DNA of 63,895 bases, counting the filler, from Nitrospirae bacterium CG2_30_53_67 (GTDB lineage: Bacteria; CG2-30-53-67), in the NCBI GenBank assembly GCA_001873285.1. It is 7 parts of 7 records of this genome, joined end to end, with 100 filler letters (N's around TTAATTAATTAA, not from the genome) between each part and the next. Parts side by side here need not be neighbours in the genome. Positions count along the whole stretch, not along the records: positions 27,744 to 53,740 come from MNYV01000029.1; 6 more parts are not named here. One strand, given 5' to 3'. The position numbers were made by a program, and so were the translations under genes. The notes beneath the pieces were generated by a model. The model was not told the DNA's origin. It searched no databases and was given only the letters and a program-made list of their open reading frames with translations. Positions 28,956 to 37,034 of the stretch are shown here, piece by piece (within the stretch, counting starts at the first letter, position 1; every line of letters begins with the position of its first letter).

Positions 28956-30113
28956 ATGAAAAAAATAGCGCTGATCAGCGGAATCATTATTTTCATGGCT
29001 GTTGCCGGATCTGTTTTATTCAGGGACAAAGAAAATGAGCCGGAATACAGAACAGACAAGATCGTCAAAGGGGATATCGAAATGACCGTTACGGCCACGG
29101 GCACCGTCAACCCTGTGACCACGGTTCTGGTAGGCACCCAGGTATCGGGGACGATCAAGGAATTATACGCGGATTTCAATTCTCCTGTAAAGAAAGGGCA
29201 GTTGATCGCCCGGATAGATCCGGCTCTGTTTGAGGCACAGGTGAACCAGGCAAAGGCCAATCTTCTTTCGGCGAAAGCCAATCTGGAGAAAGCCGAAGCG
29301 GCGCTTCTTGATGCCAAGAGGACCCTGAACCGGAATAAGGAACTGTTTTTGAAAAACTACATTGCCAGGAGTGATCTCGATACATCAGAGACGAATTATG
29401 AGACATCCGTTGCCGGGAGCAGCGCGGCAAAGGCGGAGATCGCCAAGGCCGAGGCGGCATTAAACCTTGCCGGGACCAACCTTCGTTATACAAGGATTGT
29501 GTCTCCGGTAGACGGGATTGTCGTGTCGAGAAGTGTGGACGTCGGCCAGACGGTTGCGGCGAGCTTTCAGACCCCGACCCTCTTTACCATTGCGCAGGAT
29601 CTGACAAAAATGCAGATTGATACGAATGTGGATGAGGCGGATATCGGGAAGGTCATGGTCGGGCAGGATGTTGAATTTACCGTGGATGCTTATCCGGACT
29701 TGACTTTCAAGGGCAAGGTTTTTCAGGTCAGGAATGCCCCGATCACCGTCCAGAATGTGGTTACGTATGATGTCGTGATCATCGTGGATAATCCTGAGTT
29801 TAAGCTCAAACCGGGAATGACCGCCGAAGTATCCGTTATTATATCCGTTAAAAAAGATGTGCTGACGATACCGAATGCCGCGCTGAGGTTCCAGCCGCCG
29901 GAAAAGGCAAAGACGGCGGAAAGGCCGAAAGGGCCCGGAGTCTGGATACTCGAACAGGGGAAACCGAAACGCATACCGGTTTCAACCGGCATCAGTGACG
30001 GGAAGGATACCGAGCTTGTCTCCGGTGACATCAAAGAAGGGCAGGATATCATCGTAGAATCTCTTGCGCCGGCAAAACAACCGTCCATGCCTTCCGGGCC
30101 GAGGATGTTCTGA
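28956..30113 (+). CDS. MacA-like efflux periplasmic adaptor
   Basis: VGTQVSG.I..LYADFNS.VKKGQ, GQTVAASFQTPTLF, VDEADIG. Confidence 0.9.
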   Translation: MKKIALISGIIIFMAVAGSVLFRDKENEPEYRTDKIVKGDIEMTVTATGTVNPVTTVLVGTQVSGTIKELYADFNSPVKKGQLIARIDPALFEAQVNQAKANLLSAKANLEKAEAALLDAKRTLNRNKELFLKNYIARSDLDTSETNYETSVAGSSAAKAEIAKAEAALNLAGTNLRYTRIVSPVDGIVVSRSVDVGQTVAASFQTPTLFTIAQDLTKMQIDTNVDEADIGKVMVGQDVEFTVDAYPDLTFKGKVFQVRNAPITVQNVVTYDVVIIVDNPEFKLKPGMTAEVSVIISVKKDVLTIPNAALRFQPPEKAKTAERPKGPGVWILEQGKPKRIPVSTGISDGKDTELVSGDIKEGQDIIVESLAPAKQPSMPSGPRMF

Positions 30114-30114
30114 T

Positions 30115-30807
30115 ATGGCCATCATTGAAGCGCAGGAAATTACTAAAATCTACAGGCTGGGTGATGTTGATGTGAATGCGCTCGGAGGAGTGTCTTTAAC
30201 CATAGGTAAAGGTGAATTTGTTGCCGTCATGGGTCCATCAGGTTCCGGTAAATCAACTTTTATGAATATCCTGGGCTGCCTTGATCAGCCGACGGACGGC
30301 AAATATTTCCTGGAGCATATGAATGTGGGTGATCTTGACAGGGATGAACTTGCAGGAATAAGGAATAAAAAAATCGGTTTTGTCTTCCAGGGATTTAATC
30401 TGCTTCCAAGGACATCCGCCCTTGAAAATGTCGAGCTTCCGATGCTTTATGACGGGATGCCTGCAAGAGAAAGAAGAGAGCATGCAGCCGATGCGCTCAA
30501 AAGCGTCGGTCTTGAGGGGAGGGAAAACCATCATCCCAATCAGCTTTCAGGCGGCCAGCAGCAGAGAGTGGCCATCGCCAGGGCCCTCGTCAATCATGCG
30601 CCCATCATCCTTGCGGATGAGCCGACCGGGAACCTTGACACCAGGACGAGCGCTGAAATCATGGAGATATTTGTCAAACTGAATGCGGAATCCAACATCA
30701 CGGTTATCCTTGTAACCCATGAGGCGGACATCGCAGCATACAGCAGGCGGATCATTCGGTTCCTGGACGGTCATGTGATCAGCGACATGAGGCAGGAACA
30801 ATCATGA
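30115..30807 (+). CDS. MacB/LolD-like ABC ATP-binding protein
   Basis: GPSGSGKST, LSGGQQQRVAIARAL, ADEPTGNLD. Confidence 0.92.
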   Translation: MAIIEAQEITKIYRLGDVDVNALGGVSLTIGKGEFVAVMGPSGSGKSTFMNILGCLDQPTDGKYFLEHMNVGDLDRDELAGIRNKKIGFVFQGFNLLPRTSALENVELPMLYDGMPARERREHAADALKSVGLEGRENHHPNQLSGGQQQRVAIARALVNHAPIILADEPTGNLDTRTSAEIMEIFVKLNAESNITVILVTHEADIAAYSRRIIRFLDGHVISDMRQEQS

Positions 30808-32033
30808 TTAATCTTCCTTCAACCCTCAGAATATCATTCAGGGCATTAAGAGTGAACAAGACGCGCTCCGCTCTGACCATGCTCGGAGTGATCATCGGTG
30901 TCGGCGCGGTGATTATCATGCTGGCTGTCGGCACAGGAGCAAGCCGGCAGATCGCTGAGCAGATTTCGAGCATGGGAAGCAATCTTCTCATCATCCTTCC
31001 AGGAGCAACCACCGCCGGAGGCGTGAGAATGGGTTCAGGCACACAGCCGTCACTGACCACGGGTGATGCAGAGGCCGTCCGGAAGGAATGCCCCGCAGTC
31101 CGGGACGTCGCGCCGATTCTCAGCGGGGTTGCACAAATCGTTTATGGACACGAAAACTGGTCAACCGGGGTCGTCGGAACCACTCCGGGTATGCTGAGGG
31201 TCAGGGACTGGTCCCTATCTGCCGGGAGACCTTTTACAGAGCAGGATGTCAAGAGCGCCGTGAAAGTATGTCTCTTGGGTAAGACGGTCTCGGAGAATCT
31301 TTTCGGGTATATGGACCCGTTGGGCCGGATGATCAGGATCAAGAAGGTTCCGTTCATGGTTATAGGCGTCCTTGCGGCAAAAGGACAGACCCCGACAGGC
31401 CAGGATCAGGACGATACCGTTTATGTTCCTGTCACCACGGCGCAGAAGAAGCTTTTCGGGACGACTTTCCCGGGAATGGTCAGGATCATCATGGTCAAAG
31501 CAAAAAACAGAGAAGACCTGCCGGCTGCCGAGAAACAGATCAACGAGCTGCTCAGACAGAGACATCGAATCGGCCCAAAGCAGGAGAATGACTTCACCGT
31601 CCGAAATCTGACCCAGATGATGGAGACGGCGGAACAATCGGCAAAGGTCATGACTTTACTGCTGGGCGCCATAGCGTCCGTCTCTCTCCTTGTCGGAGGC
31701 ATCGGAATCATGAACATCATGCTCGTATCGGTCACGGAGAGGACCAGAGAGATCGGGATCAGAATGGCCGTCGGGGCAAAAACCTGGGACATTCGGATGC
31801 AGTTCATGGTTGAAGCGATCATATTATCATTCATCGGCGGTGTCGCCGGGGTGATGATCGGCATATCCGGTTCAAAGATTCTGTCCATGCTCGCAGGATG
31901 GCCCACCGTTATATCTCCCCTTGCGATTATACTGGCCTTCGGATTTTCAGGGTTGGTCGGAGTGTTTTTCGGGTTTTACCCGGCATACAAGGCATCGCTT
32001 CTCGACCCCATTGACGCCTTAAGGTATGAATGA
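30804..32033 (+). CDS. MacB/FtsX-like ABC permease
   Basis: LTMLGVIIGV, GGIGIMNIMLVSVTERTREIG, DPIDALRYE. Confidence 0.92.
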   Translation: MINLPSTLRISFRALRVNKTRSALTMLGVIIGVGAVIIMLAVGTGASRQIAEQISSMGSNLLIILPGATTAGGVRMGSGTQPSLTTGDAEAVRKECPAVRDVAPILSGVAQIVYGHENWSTGVVGTTPGMLRVRDWSLSAGRPFTEQDVKSAVKVCLLGKTVSENLFGYMDPLGRMIRIKKVPFMVIGVLAAKGQTPTGQDQDDTVYVPVTTAQKKLFGTTFPGMVRIIMVKAKNREDLPAAEKQINELLRQRHRIGPKQENDFTVRNLTQMMETAEQSAKVMTLLLGAIASVSLLVGGIGIMNIMLVSVTERTREIGIRMAVGAKTWDIRMQFMVEAIILSFIGGVAGVMIGISGSKILSMLAGWPTVISPLAIILAFGFSGLVGVFFGFYPAYKASLLDPIDALRYE

Positions 32034-32101
32034 GCAATCCATCGACTTTACGATTCGTCAGGCCAATCCTACCGGTTGGCCGCATGATCAAGGGGGGTTG
32101 A

Positions 32102-32578
32102 ATGAAACTGATTACATCCGATTTGATTGATGATTTGATTGCCCGGGCTGGTGCGAATGTTAGAAGGCGCATCAACCACAATGTTCATGAATTACCGTCC
32201 GATCCGGTGCAGCGGTTATTCGTAGCGGCCAGGCCTGGTTCTTATTTCCGGCCGCATCGGCACCCAATGAAGTGGGAATTCGCGGTGGTCATTCTCGGCC
32301 GTTTTGATGTGATGCTGTTCGATGACGCGGGCTTCGTGACCGAACGCCGCTCTGTCGGCCCCGGAACGGATACGGTCGGGTTTGAAATCCCTCTGAATGT
32401 ATGGCATTCCTGGATCCCCATTGCCGATCATTCGGTGTTTTTTGAGGTTAAACAGGGGCCGTATGATGCCCAAACCGCGGCAGAGTTTGCTGCCTGGTCG
32501 CCGGCTGAAGGCACATCAGCGGTTGGTGAGTTTTACGAAAGACTGCGGAATGCAGAGGTCGGCGCCCATGTGGATTAA
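32102..32578 (+). CDS. WbuC-family cupin-fold metalloprotein
   Basis: RRR.NHN.H....D.VQR, RPHRH, WHS, FEVKQGPY. Confidence 0.85.
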   Translation: MKLITSDLIDDLIARAGANVRRRINHNVHELPSDPVQRLFVAARPGSYFRPHRHPMKWEFAVVILGRFDVMLFDDAGFVTERRSVGPGTDTVGFEIPLNVWHSWIPIADHSVFFEVKQGPYDAQTAAEFAAWSPAEGTSAVGEFYERLRNAEVGAHVD

Positions 32579-32605
32579 CCAGACCGGACAGCTATTCCTT
32601 CATGG

Positions 32606-33565
32606 TCATGGCCGTCGTTTCCTGCATTCCTCTTCGACGAAGTCGATCACTTTTGATTCGAGGCAGTCCCGGTTCAATGCGTTGATCTCATGCAGGCAGG
32701 TAGGGCTGGTGATGTTGATCTCGATCAGGCAGCCTCCGATCATGTCAATGCCTGCGAGGAATAAACCGTTTTCTTTAAGGAAAGGGGCTATGGTCCGGCA
32801 GACTACGCGTTCCCGTTCAGTGAGTTCGGTACCGGCCGCATGCCAAGGGGAACGGATGGGGGGCCTGTCAAAGCTGTTCTGCGGGGGGAGCCAGAGCACG
32901 GCGCCGATGGGCTCGCCGTTGAGCAGGATGATCCGTTTATCGCCCTGAGCCGCCTCATGGAGGTAACGCTGGGCCATGACGAAGCGGCTCTCTTCTTTCG
33001 TGGCCATCTCAAGAAGGGTATTGGCGTTGCTGTCGTCCTGATGCACATAGAGGATCTCTCTGCCACAGGACTTGTCGAGAGGCTTCACGATCATCTCCCC
33101 GTTCATCTCCTGGAGGAATTTTTGAAGGACGGATATCCGCCTGCTGACGATGGTCTCCGGGATCAGCTCGGGGAACCGCAGGACCGATACCTTTTCGTTG
33201 CAGTCCCTGAGTCCCTGGGGGCTGTTGATCACCAGGGTTTTAGTGTGGACCATGCTCAGGATCAGGGTGGCCATACAGTAATCCATGTCAAAGGGCGGGT
33301 CCTTGCGCATGAAGAGAACATCGAGATCGTTCAGGCAGAGGAGGGTTTCGTCTCCGAGCCGGAAGTATTCTTTGCCTCGGAAGACCCGGATGGCCCGGCC
33401 GGTCGCCATGGGGGTCTGGGTATGCAGGTAGAGGTCGGGGACCGTCATGTAAAAGATCTCATGATCCCGGCGCTGGGATTCGAGCATGAGGAGGTAGGTG
33501 GAATCGACCTCGGTCCGGATGGCCTCGATGGGGTCCATGACAAAACCGATTTTCAAATGGGACAT
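32606..33565 (-). CDS. gshB: Glutathione synthetase (GshB-family ATP-grasp) with divergent substrate loop
   Basis: FVMDPI, DST, MRKDPPFD, NEK, KPLD, GDKR, EINITSPT. Confidence 0.8.
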   Translation of the reverse strand: MSHLKIGFVMDPIEAIRTEVDSTYLLMLESQRRDHEIFYMTVPDLYLHTQTPMATGRAIRVFRGKEYFRLGDETLLCLNDLDVLFMRKDPPFDMDYCMATLILSMVHTKTLVINSPQGLRDCNEKVSVLRFPELIPETIVSRRISVLQKFLQEMNGEMIVKPLDKSCGREILYVHQDDSNANTLLEMATKEESRFVMAQRYLHEAAQGDKRIILLNGEPIGAVLWLPPQNSFDRPPIRSPWHAAGTELTERERVVCRTIAPFLKENGLFLAGIDMIGGCLIEINITSPTCLHEINALNRDCLESKVIDFVEEECRKRRP

Positions 33566-33684
33566 AAAAAATCCACAAACTTTTCAGGATGACAGATCCG
33601 TGCCGATGACATATAATGTTTGATCAGCATCACAGTATCAGAGAAGCATTCCACAGTCAACAGGTTTGCCGTGGAGGGTTTTTA

Positions 33685-35037
33685 ATGAATGAGCCGGGTT
33701 CCCGGAGGATCGGGTATGAGGATCTGATCCGGTATTTTCATGAGGGGAGCAAACCGTCCGGAGACCTCCGGATCGGAGGGGAATACGAACTCTTCGGGGT
33801 CCATGCCGGATCCGGCGTTGCGGTCCCCTATAAGGGAGAGGGCGGGATTCAGTCTATCCTGAACCGTCTGCTTAAGAACCCCCGTTGGGCGCCTTTGTGT
33901 GAAAAAGAACATCTGATCTGCCTTCTGGGTAAGGATTCCTCGAATGTAACCCTGGAGCCTGGAGCGCAGATCGAACTTTCAGGCGCCCCCAGGCCGACCC
34001 TCATCGAGTTGTCCGAAGAATTGAAGGGGTATATCCGGGAGCTTTACTCGGTGACCCAGGATCTGGGGATCGATTTCATCGGCATCGGGATGCATCCCGT
34101 CAGCCGGCAGGAGGAGATCCCTTTTGTGGACAAGTGCCGGTATGATATTATGGCGCCCTATCTGAAAGTCAAAGGGGCGCTCTCCCACCAGATGATGAAA
34201 GAGACGGCCACGGTCCAGGTGAACCTCGATTACACGGACGAAGCGGACGCCATGGACAAACTCCGAACCGCCATGGGGATCACCTCCCTGGTCTCAGCCA
34301 TGTTCGCCAATTCACCGATCTCCGGAGGAAGGCCCAACGGCTTCCTGACCCGTCGTGAACATGTCTGGATGCATACGGATCCGGACCGGTGCGGCCTTCT
34401 CTCCTTTGCATTCAATGAAGGGGCCTCCTTTAAGGATTATCTTCAGTATGCGCTCAGGGTCCCCATGCTCTTTGTGGTCCGTGAGGGGAAGTGGATCCCC
34501 ATGCACGGCATGCGGTTCGGCGATTTTCTGGAAAAAGGGGCATCAGGGCTGCAGGCCACGGAAGAGGATTGGAGGCTTCACTTGAGCACGCTCTTCCCCG
34601 AGGTTCGTCTCAAACAGTATATCGAGGTCCGCGGGGTGGATGCTCAATCACCGGGCATGGTCCTATCGGTTCCGGCTTTCTGGAAAGGCATTTTATATGA
34701 TGGCGAGGCCCGGAGAGCGGCCTGGGACATGGTTCGAGGCTCCCGCTTTGAGGACCGGCTGAAACTGCACGAAGAGGTCTGCCGTATGGGACTCAAGGCC
34801 AGGATCGGAGGCAAGATCATCCTAAGCATGGCCCAGGAGCTGGTCCGGATCGCGAAGGAGGGGCTCCGGCGGCAGGGAGAGGATCTCCGATTCCTGGAAC
34901 CGCTGGAGGAGATGACCTTGGCGCAAGAAAAAACGCCGGCCGAGGCGCTGCTTGAGAAGTGGGAGGCGTGGAACCATGATGTGCGGAAGCTGATCCGGTA
35001 TGCTTCCTATTTTCATGGAAGCGGATGGATCCTTTGA
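33685..35037 (+). CDS. gshA: Glutamate-cysteine ligase (GCS2, plant/alphaproteobacterial type)
   Basis: IG.E.E, TLEPGAQIELSG, MM..TA.VQVNLD, FANSP, HLSTLFPEVRLK.YIE.RG.D. Confidence 0.9.
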   Translation: MNEPGSRRIGYEDLIRYFHEGSKPSGDLRIGGEYELFGVHAGSGVAVPYKGEGGIQSILNRLLKNPRWAPLCEKEHLICLLGKDSSNVTLEPGAQIELSGAPRPTLIELSEELKGYIRELYSVTQDLGIDFIGIGMHPVSRQEEIPFVDKCRYDIMAPYLKVKGALSHQMMKETATVQVNLDYTDEADAMDKLRTAMGITSLVSAMFANSPISGGRPNGFLTRREHVWMHTDPDRCGLLSFAFNEGASFKDYLQYALRVPMLFVVREGKWIPMHGMRFGDFLEKGASGLQATEEDWRLHLSTLFPEVRLKQYIEVRGVDAQSPGMVLSVPAFWKGILYDGEARRAAWDMVRGSRFEDRLKLHEEVCRMGLKARIGGKIILSMAQELVRIAKEGLRRQGEDLRFLEPLEEMTLAQEKTPAEALLEKWEAWNHDVRKLIRYASYFHGSGWIL

Positions 35038-35043
35038 TTCGAA

Positions 35044-35182
35044 GATCATCTCCAAAAGAGTGGGTGAAAACATCAGGGGTTTTTCTCTGGAGATTTTGCT
35101 TGCGTTCTTGTACTCGGTTTACCGGTATCAGTATTTCACTTGACCCCTTGACCCCTTGAAGCCTCGACCCCTTTTTACCTAC
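35044..35182. repeat. Octamer-repeat element copy G (inverted, internally deleted; overlaps the nagZ stop)
   Basis: GATCATCTCCAAAAGAGTGGGTGAAAACATCAGGGG...CTGGAGATTTTGCTTGCG...TATTTCACTTGACCCC. Confidence 0.78.
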
Positions 35183-36251
35183 CATAACCCGCGATGGTCG
35201 AGGCCAGATCACGGTGGGCGCTCGATCCCACCTGCGTTTCAATCCTCTTAAGGTCCATATGGAAAGGCGTTCCGAGCCGCCTGCGCTTCAGGTCGAGCAG
35301 CCTGCCTGCGGATTCATCGATCCGTTCCAGGGTGATCTCTCCCTCTTCCACCGCATCCATGACCGCGTGAAGGGCCTTTTCCTGTTTTGCGGGGTCATGA
35401 CAGATGAGCAGGGCGTCCAGACCCGCGCTGATCGCAAGGACAGATGAGCGTTCAATCCCCCATCGGTCCTCCACGGCCTTCATCTCCAGGTCATCGCTGA
35501 AGACGACGCCGTTGAAGCGGAGTTCCTCTCTCAAGATCTGCTGCACCATCCGGCGGGAGAGGGTGGCCGGGCGTTCGGGGTCGAACGCAGGGTAGAGCAC
35601 ATGCGCCGTCATCAGGGTCGAAAGCCCGCAGTCAATCGCCTTCCGGAAGGGGAGCATCTCCATGCGCCTCAGCCTCTCTTCCTCATGACGCACGGCGGGG
35701 AGGTCCAGGTGCGAATCAAGCGTTGTGTCGCCGTGTCCGGGGAAATGTTTGCCGCAGGCGATCACCCCGTAGTCCTGAAGTCCCCGGATCACGGAGCATC
35801 CGAGGTCTGCAACCTCTTCCGGATCCCCGGAGAAGGCCCGTGTTCCGATGACCGGATTCTCCGGGTTGGTGTTGACGTCGAGGACCGGGGCGAAATTGAG
35901 GTTGATCCCCACGGCTGAGAGTTCTTCCGCCGTGGCCCGGCCGAAGGCGTAGGCGAGTTTCCTGGAGTGTGAAAGGCCGAGGGCGTGATTGCCCGGGAAG
36001 ATCGTAAAGGGCTCCGGCAGCCGGGTGACTCGCCCGCCTTCCTGGTCGATCCCCACGAGAAGAGGGATCTCTGAGACCTCCTGTAGATTCTGAATGAGCC
36101 CGGCCGTCTGCTGAGGATCGCGTATGTTGCGTGAGAAGAGGATGACCCCCCCGATCCCGAAATCCCGTATCATCCTGAGGATATGCGCATCGGGCTCGGT
36201 TCCGTCAAAACCCAAGACAAAGAGTTGCGTGATCTTCCGGATCCGTTCCAT
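35175..36251 (-). CDS. nagZ: Beta-N-acetylhexosaminidase (GH3)
   Basis: DQEGGRV, FAPVLD, KHFPGHGDT..DSH, SDDLEM. Confidence 0.9.
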   Translation of the reverse strand: MERIRKITQLFVLGFDGTEPDAHILRMIRDFGIGGVILFSRNIRDPQQTAGLIQNLQEVSEIPLLVGIDQEGGRVTRLPEPFTIFPGNHALGLSHSRKLAYAFGRATAEELSAVGINLNFAPVLDVNTNPENPVIGTRAFSGDPEEVADLGCSVIRGLQDYGVIACGKHFPGHGDTTLDSHLDLPAVRHEEERLRRMEMLPFRKAIDCGLSTLMTAHVLYPAFDPERPATLSRRMVQQILREELRFNGVVFSDDLEMKAVEDRWGIERSSVLAISAGLDALLICHDPAKQEKALHAVMDAVEEGEITLERIDESAGRLLDLKRRRLGTPFHMDLKRIETQVGSSAHRDLASTIAGYGR

Positions 36252-36369
36252 GAAAACAGCCTATCATGAGTGCAAAGAGGTTTAAAATATAAAGTTGTTT
36301 TTTTGTGTCTTTTCAGTATAATATCAGGATTCAGCAGGGAAGGGAATTTTTTTCGGAAAGGAATGAGCC

Positions 36370-37032
36370 ATGCTGATTCATTGCAAAGGCTGCGGCAAGG
36401 CATACCGTGTGGATGAGAAGCGCCTCACCCCGGAAGGGATCCGAGTCAGATGCAGGCACTGCGGTTCAGTCCTCATGATCCGCCTCAGAAAAGAGCATGA
36501 GATGCAGGCAGTCAAAGAGGAGGAACCTGCGGCAGCCGTCCCTCCGGAACCCCGAATTAAGGCGGAGGCGCCTGAGGCAGTTTCTGCCGAGCCTTCCGGA
36601 ATGGCTGCTGAGGCAGCTCTAACCGGACCTGAATTTCAGAAGGAGTTTGAACCGGAACCCCCATCCGAATCTGTTTCTGCGCCTGAAGCGCCCTCGCCTA
36701 AATATCGTTTTTGTATCTACTGCGGGGGTCCTCTCGTCCGGGACTTGCCCGCAGGCGGTCGTCCGGTCTGCGGGAACTGTGAGTCAGGAAGATCTGCGGC
36801 TGTTTCCGAACCGGAAGACGCTGTTTCTAAAGCGGCTCCGGGCATGTCCGTCTGGAAGAAGATTCTTCTGTTGATCGTCCTTCTCTTCGTCATCCTTTTC
36901 GCTGCCTTCATGGGGTACCAGACGGCCTTGGGAAAAAGCTTCATGTCCGTCTCTGTCTCGAATGTTTTTTATAACGGCATGCCCGCTCCTCAGATCCCAC
37001 CGTTATCATCATCCGGCGCCGCAGGGTTTTGA
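36370..37032 (+). CDS. MJ0042-type zinc-ribbon membrane protein
   Basis: CKGC...VRCRHC, Pro/Glu-rich linker, second CIYC..CGNC pair, C-terminal TM helix. Confidence 0.7.
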   Translation: MLIHCKGCGKAYRVDEKRLTPEGIRVRCRHCGSVLMIRLRKEHEMQAVKEEEPAAAVPPEPRIKAEAPEAVSAEPSGMAAEAALTGPEFQKEFEPEPPSESVSAPEAPSPKYRFCIYCGGPLVRDLPAGGRPVCGNCESGRSAAVSEPEDAVSKAAPGMSVWKKILLLIVLLFVILFAAFMGYQTALGKSFMSVSVSNVFYNGMPAPQIPPLSSSGAAGF

Positions 37033-37034
37033 CC

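Noticed and set aside
14190..35182. Octamer arrays as CRISPR repeats
   Set aside because: Units are 8 bp, tandem and inverted, with no unique spacers and no cas genes
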